In this document: one piece after another, positions 51,705-61,925 of the stretch
Numbering within the stretch: the stretch's first letter is position 1
Layout of the letters: each line of letters begins with the position of its first letter
Sequence record: NZ_CP156668.1
From: a plasmid
Reading direction: 5' to 3' (one strand)
Length of the DNA: 64,000 nucleotides
Made by a program: the position numbers and the translations under genes
The notes under the pieces: generated by a model
Told to the model about the DNA's origin: nothing
Database searches by the model: none
What the model saw: only the letters and a program-made list of their open reading frames with translations

Positions 51705-52544
51705 CTAGTGGTTACGGAAATAATTTTGAACCATTCTCATTGCACCCATACCAGTACTTTTAGTCACACCGGTTGAAGTCCAAAAGTCTTTAACGGCGTC
51801 AGGTGTTTTGACCACCAGAAAACCGAATCCGATTGAAGCAATAAAAGCAATAAACCCGTATTTAGCCATATTAGTGAAACACCATACCGATAGTGACATA
51901 CAAAGCACCTGGCTAATAATAGAAGCATTGTAATAAATGTACTTCTTCCACCACGTGCCACTGTAATCAAAACTTTCAGTCGTCATGCTCATTGCAGCTA
52001 AAGGAATCGTCAGGTTGTACCAAGCCATATCAGCCACAAACACACACATCTTGATAAAGAATACGACGGTTACGACAGTGAAGATTAGCAGAAACAAAAT
52101 CTGTAAGGGTAGCGAAATGCCAACATCTTTTAGCCCAGGAACTTTATTCATGCCGGTAATTGACTTAGCAGTGAATTTCTGATCAGAACTAAACATATAC
52201 TTTAGCAGGGGCAAGGTAATTGAACCTTGAATAAAGCCTTGTAAGAACACGAAAACCGGAATCACGGCCGCTGATTTAATCCCGTCCATGATGATATTAG
52301 CCCAAGTCACATCGGTACTTTCGTCCGCCTCTTTTATAATTGTCATCACAATACGCCCAAGGACAACCACAACGACTAACGATGTCGCAAAGGACAGGAA
52401 GATGGCATACCACGTTTTAATAATCGGCAAGCTTTGATTGGCTTGGTCAATAATGGCCTTGCAGATGTTGAATAAACCATCTAACAAACCAGACAGTAGC
52501 CATTCAAGGAAGTGTGAAATAGCTGATTGAATGATATTTGTCAT
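51705..52544 (-). CDS. Polytopic membrane protein, VirB6-like candidate
   Basis: 279 aa with ~6 TM, position next to T4CP as TraL/VirB6-like proteins in Gram-positive T4SS. Confidence 0.4.
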   Translation of the reverse strand: MTNIIQSAISHFLEWLLSGLLDGLFNICKAIIDQANQSLPIIKTWYAIFLSFATSLVVVVVLGRIVMTIIKEADESTDVTWANIIMDGIKSAAVIPVFVFLQGFIQGSITLPLLKYMFSSDQKFTAKSITGMNKVPGLKDVGISLPLQILFLLIFTVVTVVFFIKMCVFVADMAWYNLTIPLAAMSMTTESFDYSGTWWKKYIYYNASIISQVLCMSLSVWCFTNMAKYGFIAFIASIGFGFLVVKTPDAVKDFWTSTGVTKSTGMGAMRMVQNYFRNH

Positions 52545-52562
52545 TTTAAAATCCTCCTTTGT

Positions 52563-52952
52563 CTATTTGGGAATGAGTGAGACCGTACCAGTATCACTTT
52601 TAGCCAGTGTGTTAATTGGTGTTAGTTTATATTTGTCTGACTGCTTTTTAATCTTAAACAAACGTGTTTCTGTGCTACCTGAAACACTATTTTTACCAAT
52701 GAACTTAATTTGTTCATTGCCCTTGTTTTCAATCAACTTGTAAGTATAAACTTCGCTAAAGCCCGCTTGGGTAAGTGTTAAGTTGCTTTTTGAAAACTTT
52801 GCAGTAGCGGCCATACCATTATCTTTGCTAGAAGCAAATGTCCACTGATGGCTTTGCAAATCTTGTGCTGTAGACTTTCCGCAGGCGGTTAGACCAACAA
52901 CAATCAGCAACACTGTCATCACAGCGATTATATATTTCCGATATTTTTTCAT
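52563..52952 (-). CDS. Lipoprotein
   Basis: Signal peptide with lipobox LTAC; start MKKYRK after ggagg SD. Confidence 0.6.
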   Translation of the reverse strand: MKKYRKYIIAVMTVLLIVVGLTACGKSTAQDLQSHQWTFASSKDNGMAATAKFSKSNLTLTQAGFSEVYTYKLIENKGNEQIKFIGKNSVSGSTETRLFKIKKQSDKYKLTPINTLAKSDTGTVSLIPK

Positions 52953-52966
52953 TAATATGACCTCCA

Positions 52967-54520
52967 TTAGCCAAATAAGTTGTTATCGTCGTCCTCTTCT
53001 GGCTCCTCTGTTTGACTATCTTTATTTGAAACTTTCTCTAAGTCGCTGTCTAGGTTGTCCTGTTGTTGCTCCTCCTCTGTTTGAGACATCTTGTTTGCGG
53101 CTTTTTTTTGAGCAGTCTCCTTTAATTTTGCTTTCCATTTCGCTACTCTTTGATGAAAGTGGGTTTCCTGGCTGGCTTCTGGTTGGCCTTGATACTCATT
53201 CTGTGACAAGTTAACCAAATGATCAGCCCTTGGAAATAGTTTAAATTGGAACGCTTTTGTAGCTTTGACTGGTCGCGCATTGCTAAAGATTAATAAGCTC
53301 TGATCTTCGGGCATACGCATAATTTCATCGGGTGTCATGAGTGAACGGCTCGTATAGCTATAACTATCGCTCTTACTGTGGCTTTCTTCCTTGCTATGAC
53401 TGGTACTCTCACTACCGGTTTCCACTTTTACGGTCGATTTACCTAACAAATCACTAAAGTATTTCGCAGTCACATCATTAGCGGCATTCAAGCAAATTTT
53501 AACGGCATGATTACCTAAGATACTTTCGGCTTTATCCTTGCCATACAAAGCTTGGAGCTGGGTTAAGGTCTGACAAATGGTCGTCACGCCAATACCGTAC
53601 CCCCGACAGGTAGCTAAAAATTCTTCATATTTTGGGAATTTTCCTAAGTTGACAAATTCATCAAGGATAAAGTCGACTTGGTGGGGCAATTTAGCGTGAT
53701 GATCGGCGGCTAATTTGTATAATTCATCAAACAATTGTGAGAAAAACAGATTGATGAAGCTTTCATAAGTGTTATCCATGACGGGGATAATTACATATAG
53801 AACAACTTTGGCGTTGCCAATCTCTTTTAAATCAAAGTCTGAAAAGCTGGTAAAATTGGCCACTTCTTTGTCAACAAACTTCGAAATGGTCGCCAACAGG
53901 CTTTCAATAATGCTGGCTTTCATTTCCCCTTTGGCCTTTTTAAAACCTAACTCATAAGCGCGTCTCGCTGGATCAGTCATAGTTAGATCAAGAAACAAGG
54001 TATCTAGCGGACTATCCGCACCCTTTTCCTCGGCTTCAACGTCATTTTCTTGTAAGACCTGCGTTACGCCCGCCAAATTTCGTTGTTCTGGTGACCGGTG
54101 GTTCATGACAAACAGGATTAAAGCCTTCAAAAGCTGTCTTTGGGTACTGAACCACACGTCTTTTTTACCTTCGGCATTTTCACTTTGCACGATCTTTGTT
54201 GCCACGGTTTCGGCTTGAATATCCCGTTGAATATAATCAAAAGGATTGTAGCGATCACTATGCGCCATGTTGGCAAAGTTGACGACATGTACTTGATAAC
54301 CCTGGGCTAGTTTGATACCGGCCGTCTTTTCGTATAATTCACCTTTCGGATCGGTCACGACAATGCTGTTCTCCGTTTCGTTAAACAGGTTGGTAATGAC
54401 GACTGATTGGGTCTTATATGATCCAGGTCCCCCAACCACAAAGATATTCCGATTGGGTTTGGTGCTGTTATTCTGGTAAACAATCCGTTTATTCACGATC
54501 CCTAAAATCGTCCCATTCAT
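52967..54520 (-). CDS. Type IV coupling protein (VirD4/TraG family) - nucleotide-binding domain ORF
   Basis: Walker A VVGGPGSYKTQS ~30 aa from start; no N-terminal TM; own SD agggggag. Confidence 0.8.
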   Translation of the reverse strand: MNGTILGIVNKRIVYQNNSTKPNRNIFVVGGPGSYKTQSVVITNLFNETENSIVVTDPKGELYEKTAGIKLAQGYQVHVVNFANMAHSDRYNPFDYIQRDIQAETVATKIVQSENAEGKKDVWFSTQRQLLKALILFVMNHRSPEQRNLAGVTQVLQENDVEAEEKGADSPLDTLFLDLTMTDPARRAYELGFKKAKGEMKASIIESLLATISKFVDKEVANFTSFSDFDLKEIGNAKVVLYVIIPVMDNTYESFINLFFSQLFDELYKLAADHHAKLPHQVDFILDEFVNLGKFPKYEEFLATCRGYGIGVTTICQTLTQLQALYGKDKAESILGNHAVKICLNAANDVTAKYFSDLLGKSTVKVETGSESTSHSKEESHSKSDSYSYTSRSLMTPDEIMRMPEDQSLLIFSNARPVKATKAFQFKLFPRADHLVNLSQNEYQGQPEASQETHFHQRVAKWKAKLKETAQKKAANKMSQTEEEQQQDNLDSDLEKVSNKDSQTEEPEEDDDNNLFG

Positions 54521-54521
54521 G

Positions 54522-54992
54522 TTAATCTCCCCCTTTCGCTGACTTTTCTCGATCCACTAATGATTTGAGAATTTCTGCCTTGGTACTCTTGTTAAATGCT
54601 GTGGTGAGGTCTTTGGCATTGATACTAAAGTAATGGTCACTCAATTCTTTTAAATTCCCCCAGGTCGCACTCCCGTGGGTTTCAGTGTCCGCAGTTTCCC
54701 ACGCTTTGTGCTTGCTATTGCGTTTCAAAGCAAAATAAATGGTGTATAGGACCACAGCGATACTGACGATAATTAATACCGGGTTCTTTTGACCCAAATA
54801 CAAGTTGTAATAGTGCCAGGGGTGCAAGGCTAATTGTTTTAATACGGTTGGCATATGATCCGCAAAAGTTAGCTTATAGTGCGACAAGGCCATGACTGAT
54901 CCAGCTAAAATCTCCGCTAAATACAAGCCAATGATTAGCGTTAGTAGATACGTCCAACTAGCTTTAATCACAGCTATGCTTCTATCTTTCAT
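54522..54992 (-). CDS. Type IV coupling protein N-terminal transmembrane domain ORF
   Basis: 2 TM helices followed by THGSATWG (conserved HGSARWA T4CP motif); stop 1 nt before NBD ORF start, different frame. Confidence 0.7.
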   Translation of the reverse strand: MKDRSIAVIKASWTYLLTLIIGLYLAEILAGSVMALSHYKLTFADHMPTVLKQLALHPWHYYNLYLGQKNPVLIIVSIAVVLYTIYFALKRNSKHKAWETADTETHGSATWGNLKELSDHYFSINAKDLTTAFNKSTKAEILKSLVDREKSAKGGD

Positions 54993-54994
54993 TT

Positions 54995-55363
54995 CTAATC
55001 ACCTACGATTCGTTTAATTTGTGACTGCTTGGTACCGGCATACCGTTGCTTACCATGAATCAAGGTTGGCACCGCCGTTAGTTGATATTGCTGAATGTAG
55101 TGCCGATTCTGCGATTGATTCATGTTAATAAAAACAACGTTATGGCTAATGACGTTGTGCCAATAGATTCGGTGAAAAATAGCTTGGCAATCCGGGCAAT
55201 CATCGCGATAGAAGAACAACACTTTTTTAGGGTGCTTAGCCAGCGTCACAACTGGCCGCTGTTTTTCCACGTGATTCACGTATTGATGACTAGCAAAACC
55301 ACTAACGGCTAAAACCACCACGATTACCGCTAGGGCCTTACCAACCCGCTTAATTAAGGTCAC
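54995..55363 (-). CDS. Membrane-anchored thioredoxin-fold protein (CPDC active site)
   Basis: N-terminal TM, then VLFFYRDDCPDCQAIF CxxC motif. Confidence 0.65.
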   Translation of the reverse strand: MTLIKRVGKALAVIVVVLAVSGFASHQYVNHVEKQRPVVTLAKHPKKVLFFYRDDCPDCQAIFHRIYWHNVISHNVVFINMNQSQNRHYIQQYQLTAVPTLIHGKQRYAGTKQSQIKRIVGD

Positions 55364-55967
55364 TGGCTTTAAAGCTACTACCTAAATTTTGGACTGCGGT
55401 GATTCGATCCGTGGTGGTATCGAAAGTCACTTGATAAAGTACCGTCGCCTTTTGCCAGTCGTTGTTGCCACTCTTACTTTGGTAGCTAACAACCGCCAAA
55501 CCTTTCATGTTTTGCCCCTGCTTGCTTTGCGTATACAGGTTTAGTTGGTTTAACTTGGCTGAAACACTATTGCTATCACCATACGTGCCTTTATTTGAAA
55601 AGTATTGCTGATATAGCTTGTCGGAAATCAAGTCTTTCACGCCATCTTTACGCTGGCCGTAGGTCTTGGGCTTAAAGTTGTTCATGACCTTAAATAACTT
55701 GGTGACTACCGTATTAAAGCTAAGTTCAGCCTGACTTTTGTCTTTATTATTTTGGTAGGTCTTATAACTGTCAATTTGGGTGCTCAATAACTGCTTTTGT
55801 TGGTTGGCTTTAGTCAATTGCTGGTTAACTTGTCGCTTCTGCTGTTGTAAGCGACTGATCTGTTGTTGCGCCTGCTTAACTTGGCTATGTTGATAGGCAT
55901 TTGCCCCTAATGACATAACTAAGATCAAACTACCAAGTGCAATACTTAATACCACGCTACGCTTCAT
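55350..55967 (-). CDS. Membrane-anchored Q-rich coiled-coil protein, VirB8-like candidate
   Basis: Signal/TM anchor, glutamine-rich coiled coil, C-terminal globular region; neighbourhood of lytic transglycosylase. Confidence 0.35.
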   Translation of the reverse strand: MKRSVVLSIALGSLILVMSLGANAYQHSQVKQAQQQISRLQQQKRQVNQQLTKANQQKQLLSTQIDSYKTYQNNKDKSQAELSFNTVVTKLFKVMNNFKPKTYGQRKDGVKDLISDKLYQQYFSNKGTYGDSNSVSAKLNQLNLYTQSKQGQNMKGLAVVSYQSKSGNNDWQKATVLYQVTFDTTTDRITAVQNLGSSFKASDLN

Positions 55968-55981
55968 TTGTTGGTTCCTCC

Positions 55982-57136
55982 TTACTTCTTGATTGGCCGA
56001 GCTAACGTTACATCGCTACCACTTAGTAAGCTATAAAAGGCGGTGCCAAAGGTGCTTTCGTTAACCTTATCGCCCGTACCACCTTGCTCAATAATCTTGG
56101 TGGCTTTACCTTGCCATTTATCTAACAGAATGGCGGTATGCCCGTTGTTTCCGGCCCCGGCGCCTTGATTAACAATCACAATATCGCCGGCTTTCGCGTC
56201 ATTTTCACTGATTTGTTTCAAGTATTGATGGCTACCTTTGGCGTCACTGGCCATCGTGCCGGTAAACCAGCCCATGTTGGCCGGTACCTTGTAACCAGCC
56301 TTATTCAGGGCTAACCAGACAAAGCCCGAACAATCAGTTCCACCAGTTTTGCTGGGATTCTTCAAATCACTGCCTAAATCGGGGCTGGGGTGGGTTTGAA
56401 CATAGTGGAAATCACCTTTCATACTTTCCGCATTTTTGACGATACTCCCACCGGAATAGCTCGGGTTACTATCACAACCTAGCTCGGTCAGATTGCCGGA
56501 ACTCGCATTGTCTAAGGTATTACCGGCCACTGGGTCACTCGCCCCGAACACGGAATACCAGTGATCGGCATACCCGTATCTTTGGCTTAAATACCATTGT
56601 TCCGGGTTTTTGCCCATGCCTTCATAATCCATTAACCAGGCTTTGGTTGCTTTGTGTACGTCCGTATATTTAAAGATCTGCTTGTTTGACGCATAGTAAC
56701 TACTGTTCAATTCTTGATCGAGATAGTCCAACTGCACCCCGAGATTCGTCGCTGGTTTATTTTCTTTATGAGCTAAGTCTTCCAACTTATCCTTCCGACC
56801 ACCTAACCACTGGGCTAAGCCCGTGGCCCCGGAACTTGAATTAACCGAATTGGGATCAAGGCGACTTTCTAGTTGTAAGACCCCCAAGATACCGGCGGCC
56901 GCTTGTGGGGTGGCACCATACTTTTGTTTCCAGTGGGCATAGATGTTTTTGGCATTTTCCATCATACTCTTACTATCTAATTGCGTTTCTGTAGTGGTTG
57001 AGTTATCACAACTGTTTTCTTGCAATTGACCAGTAAGCGCGGCAATTAACAAGATGATTAGCAGAAGGGCGCCACCCACAATATAAGCAATCAATTTCCA
57101 CTTCTTTTTCTTATATTCAAATGACAATACCTGCAT
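55982..57136 (-). CDS. Bifunctional peptidoglycan hydrolase: lytic transglycosylase-like + CHAP domain (TraG/PrgK-like)
   Basis: N-terminal TM; GILGVLQLESRLD...GATGLAQW SLT-like; CHAP Cys GGTDCSGFVW and His later. Confidence 0.8.
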   Translation of the reverse strand: MQVLSFEYKKKKWKLIAYIVGGALLLIILLIAALTGQLQENSCDNSTTTETQLDSKSMMENAKNIYAHWKQKYGATPQAAAGILGVLQLESRLDPNSVNSSSGATGLAQWLGGRKDKLEDLAHKENKPATNLGVQLDYLDQELNSSYYASNKQIFKYTDVHKATKAWLMDYEGMGKNPEQWYLSQRYGYADHWYSVFGASDPVAGNTLDNASSGNLTELGCDSNPSYSGGSIVKNAESMKGDFHYVQTHPSPDLGSDLKNPSKTGGTDCSGFVWLALNKAGYKVPANMGWFTGTMASDAKGSHQYLKQISENDAKAGDIVIVNQGAGAGNNGHTAILLDKWQGKATKIIEQGGTGDKVNESTFGTAFYSLLSGSDVTLARPIKK

Positions 57137-58555
57137 TTAATCACCCACTTTGTGCTTGGCCTGATCGACTTGTTTTTGCGCTGCTGATTGGTCACTCTGC
57201 GCGTTCTTTAAGTCCGACTTAGCCGAATCCACCTTCTTGTCTTTGTTCTTATCTTTACTGCCATCAATCTTGTTGGCGTCATCTAACTTCTTTTGGGCGT
57301 CACTAACTTCGTTCTTAGCGGCATTGAGACTTAACAGGGCTTTTAAATACTTAGCTTTAGGACTATTCACACCGGCTAATTTGGTTTGGACGGTCTGGGC
57401 GTCTTGCGTATCGTTATGGGCTAGGAAGGCTTGTCCCATTCTCAATAAAACATCAGCGTTCGTCGTAAAGGATAATTGGTTATTAAGCGTATTGGTATCA
57501 TAATTAACAATCGCTTTTTCAAGTTTCAACTGGTCTTTTTGCTTGCTCGTCGCCTTAGTTGGTAACTGCCAATCGGCCACTTGACTGCTATCTTGGTTGG
57601 CATAAGCCGCATTAACAACCTTGTTCAACTGACTTGGGTCAACGTTTAAGGCTTGCTGGTACTGACGATGTTTTAAAAAGACACTGACTTGCTTAGTTAA
57701 AGGATAGCCGGCCCGTTTCATATCTTTTTGCGCTTCCGACCACTTTTTATCATTTAAAGCGGTCTGAATTTGGCCGCTATATTTTAATCGCGTGACCTGG
57801 GCTTGGTTCTGGTTAGCTAAGCTTTGATACTTTCCTTCGTCACTTTTATGGACTAAGCCGACGGCCAAAACGGCCACAATCGCCACTCCGGCCACGCTCA
57901 ACCATAAACGTTGTTTGGTTTTCTGCTGGGCCGTTTCAACTTCCTGCCATTCGTGATAACTCACAAAGTCCTCAATGCCGTTAACCACTTCCGTTAACTC
58001 ATTTAACGACGTAGCTTTAGCTACTTGTTGTAAATAGTCATCCGGGTGTTTGGCCAAGGCTTCTTGGGGATTGCTTAGTAACCGTTCATAGGGCGTCCCC
58101 GTCAAGCAAAATAGAATCAGCGCTTTGTATTTGGCTAAATTGCTATGCTTGTCATCATAAGGCATGAGTTCATTGGCCCGGTAGGCGTACCAAACATGTT
58201 GCATGGGGTAATACCACAGGTTAGCTGGGTTCAACGCAATATGATACTGGCTATCAGCAACCACATGTTGCGCCATAATTTTCTTGGCAACGGCTGCCCG
58301 TATCGCCTTATTTTCCTGCGGTAATTCCTTTAATGATCTGACCTTATCCGGCAAGGTATAAGTTAAAACAACCTTCTGGTCTTGCTCAACTACGTTAACC
58401 AACTGTAAGAAATTGGAATCAGCTTCCTTTAATTCGTTTAGCTCACTCAACTGGTCGTATCGAAACTGATTGTGATTGAGTTCGAGAATTAGCTGGTTTC
58501 CCTGTCGCTTGAAGGTGCCAACCTCGATATTCAATAACTGGTTTGGTTTACTCAT
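57137..58555 (-). CDS. Conjugation-associated membrane protein (single central TM, coiled-coil C-terminus)
   Basis: 472 aa; TM LWLSVAGVAIVAVLAVGLV; overlaps VirB4 stop. Confidence 0.4.
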   Translation of the reverse strand: MSKPNQLLNIEVGTFKRQGNQLILELNHNQFRYDQLSELNELKEADSNFLQLVNVVEQDQKVVLTYTLPDKVRSLKELPQENKAIRAAVAKKIMAQHVVADSQYHIALNPANLWYYPMQHVWYAYRANELMPYDDKHSNLAKYKALILFCLTGTPYERLLSNPQEALAKHPDDYLQQVAKATSLNELTEVVNGIEDFVSYHEWQEVETAQQKTKQRLWLSVAGVAIVAVLAVGLVHKSDEGKYQSLANQNQAQVTRLKYSGQIQTALNDKKWSEAQKDMKRAGYPLTKQVSVFLKHRQYQQALNVDPSQLNKVVNAAYANQDSSQVADWQLPTKATSKQKDQLKLEKAIVNYDTNTLNNQLSFTTNADVLLRMGQAFLAHNDTQDAQTVQTKLAGVNSPKAKYLKALLSLNAAKNEVSDAQKKLDDANKIDGSKDKNKDKKVDSAKSDLKNAQSDQSAAQKQVDQAKHKVGD

Positions 58556-60566
58556 TTAAAGTCCCTCCTTCCTCCTCGGTGGTAGTTAAAGCGTCAATCT
58601 CACTAGGTGTTAAGACCACGCGCTTTTGATAATCCGGTTGTCCGGCTGTTTCACGGTTGTATTTCTCTTGGTAAGCTTCGGGGTCGATTAGTCGTAGTTC
58701 TTCTTCGGTCAATTCAACTTTCATAAAGGCGCGTTGGCTACCATAGATCATCAGAGCTTCGCCTTGTCTACGACGTTCTAGTAGCTTCTTTTCTTTATCC
58801 GAGAACGTCATACGCAATTTGGTAATCACATCATCAACGCCTTTACCGTCAAGACCAAAGAACACTTTGGTGTAGGAGTTCCCAATAATGGCTTCACCAA
58901 TGTTCTGCCCGGTATCTGTCGTGCCTTCAATCACATCTTGAATTTGCTGCGTTCCGGCAATGGCCCCGGCATTGTATTTTCTAAAACGTTTGTATGCTTG
59001 ATGGAAAAAGGTGGCGGCCGCTTTGTGCAAAGTCAAAAAGTGAAATTCATCGACAAACAATTTCTTGCGGCTATGCCGATCTTTGGTAATTTCGTCCCAT
59101 AGATACTGGAAAGTATTCAGATAGGCGGCTGATTGGACTTCCTGCTCACTTTGTAGCGGTTTTAAATCAAAGGAAATGATTTTCCCTTTTAAGTTAACGT
59201 TGGTATGGCCGTCAAATAAACTGTTAGAACCATGGGTATAACTGCCTAAGATGTAGTAGAAGTCTTTGACCCGATTGAATTTGTCGGCGTCCTTATCTGC
59301 CAATTTTTCCAACTCGTCATAAACATTGGATAAGGTCGGCCACTGATCGTCTTTAATTTCTTTTAAGCGGCTATATTTCAAAACGCCACTGTTGACGTAA
59401 GCTTGTTTAACGACATCATCAAGGATTGCCAGTTCAACTTGGGTAATCCCGGTTTTAAGGACTTCAAAGAACCCCTTTAATCGCTGGATTTTATCTTTAA
59501 CTAGTAAATCAAGGTTTGTGACCGCTTCATCGGCGCTTAAGATTTCTTCGGAAAAGATTTGTAGCGGGTTAATTTTGTACCTAGCATTAGAAGTTAGGTG
59601 CAGGACTGCCCCACCTAGGGCTTCGACAATTTTGGTATATTCATTTTCTGGATCAATAATGTAGAGTTGATAGTCTTGAATGGCGTAGCGTAGGATTTTT
59701 TGGATCATATAGGTGGTCTTGCCGACCCCCGAGGTCCCGATAATCACCTGATTTTGATTTAGGGTCTTGTTGCGATCCAACATATCTACGGCAATTAAGC
59801 TGTTGGTATCTTTGTTAACTCCTTCAATATCGCTTCTCGGCTTTAAGTCCAGAATTTCAGCGTCATCAAAAGGAAACATACTGCTGGCCACTTCGGTATT
59901 ACTCTCTTTATAGGTGTAATCCCCCATAAGGTTCTCGTTAATTGGCATGGTTGACCAAAAAGCTTGAAAAGTCGCTTTAACGGGCACTAGGGGCTTCATT
60001 TGTAGTTTAATCAAGGTGTTCTTGACGTTTTCGGTTAAATCGTCTAGCTCTGCTAAACTGTTGGCCCGCAGATAAATGAGCATATGTTGGTAGACAAATG
60101 TGGTAGAATTATCAAGGTATTTATCTAGTTGCATGTTGGCTGAATCAATATAATTTTGCAGAATCTTCTTTTTATACGGGTCGAACGTATTGAGCTTCTG
60201 CGCTTCCTTATTTTGAATCGTCTTCTTGTAATAGGTAATCATTGAATTGTTACTGGCGCTGTCGATATATTGCACAATATCAATAACGCCTTTTTTACGC
60301 TTCAATTCTGACAACCAGTTGCCGTAAACCCGCTTGGGATAGTCAGCAATCGCTAACACCCGAATAAAATTCTCCCCCGACTGGACATAGGTAGGGTACT
60401 GTTCCCAGCTAAACGGAAATAGTGAATGCAAGCTATCGCGATCAATCAGCTTGGTAAAGTCTTCAACCTCCGGTTGGGGCTTACTACCCGTTTGACCGCT
60501 GTTGCCTTGATGACTTTCTTTTTTAGTTGGCATAAATAAATCAATGACCTTATCACCAAAACTCAT
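58548..60566 (-). CDS. VirB4/TraE-family conjugative ATPase
   Basis: Walker A IIGTSGVGKTT, Walker B-like LFVDEFH; 672 aa. Confidence 0.85.
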   Translation of the reverse strand: MSFGDKVIDLFMPTKKESHQGNSGQTGSKPQPEVEDFTKLIDRDSLHSLFPFSWEQYPTYVQSGENFIRVLAIADYPKRVYGNWLSELKRKKGVIDIVQYIDSASNNSMITYYKKTIQNKEAQKLNTFDPYKKKILQNYIDSANMQLDKYLDNSTTFVYQHMLIYLRANSLAELDDLTENVKNTLIKLQMKPLVPVKATFQAFWSTMPINENLMGDYTYKESNTEVASSMFPFDDAEILDLKPRSDIEGVNKDTNSLIAVDMLDRNKTLNQNQVIIGTSGVGKTTYMIQKILRYAIQDYQLYIIDPENEYTKIVEALGGAVLHLTSNARYKINPLQIFSEEILSADEAVTNLDLLVKDKIQRLKGFFEVLKTGITQVELAILDDVVKQAYVNSGVLKYSRLKEIKDDQWPTLSNVYDELEKLADKDADKFNRVKDFYYILGSYTHGSNSLFDGHTNVNLKGKIISFDLKPLQSEQEVQSAAYLNTFQYLWDEITKDRHSRKKLFVDEFHFLTLHKAAATFFHQAYKRFRKYNAGAIAGTQQIQDVIEGTTDTGQNIGEAIIGNSYTKVFFGLDGKGVDDVITKLRMTFSDKEKKLLERRRQGEALMIYGSQRAFMKVELTEEELRLIDPEAYQEKYNRETAGQPDYQKRVVLTPSEIDALTTTEEEGGTLNE

Positions 60567-60577
60567 ACTGTTGCCTC

Positions 60578-61237
60578 CTATCCATTAAAATTGATCAAAT
60601 TCTTTAAAATCTCTTGGACTTCCTGACTAGTCAAAACTTTGGCCGTCACATCAAAGTCCGTTAACGCATTTTCAATATCCCGTTTAACCTGTTCGATCTT
60701 TTCGTCTAAATGAGTGACCGCTAGGTTTAAGCTCTTAACACTTTTGTCCTTAATTGGCACCTTAACGATTAGCAGATGTTGCTTAGTTGTCATGTTTTTG
60801 GATTCTTGGACTTTAGTAAAGTGATCCAAGTAACTGGCTATGAGCTGGATTTTGAACTGTTGTTCCGGGTGGCCTTTTTGTAAGGCGAGATACCGCCGTT
60901 TGAGACCATTGAGATAAGCCGTCATATTGACGGGAATCGTTGGCTCTAAGAACTGTAACGTGTCATCAACGCCTTCACCTAAGGTACTCATGAGAAACGC
61001 GCCATAGTCCTCAAAAACGTCCTGTTGTTCGGTTTCATTAAGTAGATCAAGGTTGATCCCACTAACTTCCAAAATGCCAACGAGATTACCCGTTTTGGTA
61101 ACTTCGTAATTACCATACATACCCACCACCAAGCTCATGTCATCAATGGTCTCTTTGCCACCATTGATTTTAGGCGGTTGGTAATCCCAATCGAGTTTCG
61201 CTGATTTATTGGCGGTTTTGCTCTTCTTCAAACGCAT
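60578..61237 (-). CDS. Conjugative transfer protein preceding VirB4 (TraD/PrgI-like)
   Basis: 219 aa, context. Confidence 0.4.
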   Translation of the reverse strand: MRLKKSKTANKSAKLDWDYQPPKINGGKETIDDMSLVVGMYGNYEVTKTGNLVGILEVSGINLDLLNETEQQDVFEDYGAFLMSTLGEGVDDTLQFLEPTIPVNMTAYLNGLKRRYLALQKGHPEQQFKIQLIASYLDHFTKVQESKNMTTKQHLLIVKVPIKDKSVKSLNLAVTHLDEKIEQVKRDIENALTDFDVTAKVLTSQEVQEILKNLINFNG

Positions 61238-61568
61238 TTAGTTCACCTCGCTTCTTCGGTTTTAAATAAAACAGTTTCTGACCATTGGCATAGCGGCGTT
61301 TCAACTTAAAATTATCCCGCACTTTAATATTCTTCCGCGCCGCAACTGGCCTAATTGTTAAAATAGCCATGACAATCGTCATGGCTAAGACAACAATCAC
61401 TATTTTTATCAGGACTAAGATCAGACCATAGGGTGGGATCGCAATAAAAATCAAGCCCACTAGTCCTGCCAGCGCCGCATAGCCAAAATCCTTCAAGGTG
61501 TAGTCTTTCCAGATCCCGTAATCTTTATCTACGTTCTCTGGGAAGATAAATTCTTTTCCTTTCTTCAT
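61206..61568 (-). CDS. Small 2-TM protein, VirB3-like candidate
   Basis: 120 aa, two adjacent TM helices, directly upstream of VirB4 region. Confidence 0.45.
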   Translation of the reverse strand: MKKGKEFIFPENVDKDYGIWKDYTLKDFGYAALAGLVGLIFIAIPPYGLILVLIKIVIVVLAMTIVMAILTIRPVAARKNIKVRDNFKLKRRYANGQKLFYLKPKKRGELNAFEEEQNRQ

Positions 61569-61588
61569 TTGGCAGGCTCCTTTTTAAA

Positions 61589-61924
61589 TTAAGTGAATAG
61601 GCTGTAAACCCAAGGTAATAGCCAGATAATGGCTGCCGCTAAGGCCACTAAACCAGCCACCCGACCAACCGCGTGATAAACTTCAGATTTCTCTCGCGGA
61701 TCGTCTGCGTCAGGCATTCTTTTGATAATAATAAATAGCGCCACACAAATTCCGACTAAAACGACCAACCCGGTTAAAATACCTTGAATTGTCTTACCAG
61801 CTTGGGTGAGCTTACTCTTAACTTCGCCACCGTCCGCCGCCAAAACAACCCGAGCGTTCATCAATCCCAAGTAAATTGTGGTGGCTCCAGTGGTTACTAA
61901 CGCTTTTACTTTGCTGAACTTCAT
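61589..61924 (-). CDS. Signal-peptide + 2-TM small protein (VirB2/pilin-like candidate)
   Basis: MKFSKVKALVTTGATTIYLGLMNARVVLAADGG signal; two hydrophobic helices; start taken at M25 of track ORF. Confidence 0.4.
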   Translation of the reverse strand: MKFSKVKALVTTGATTIYLGLMNARVVLAADGGEVKSKLTQAGKTIQGILTGLVVLVGICVALFIIIKRMPDADDPREKSEVYHAVGRVAGLVALAAAIIWLLPWVYSLFT

Positions 61925-61925
61925 G

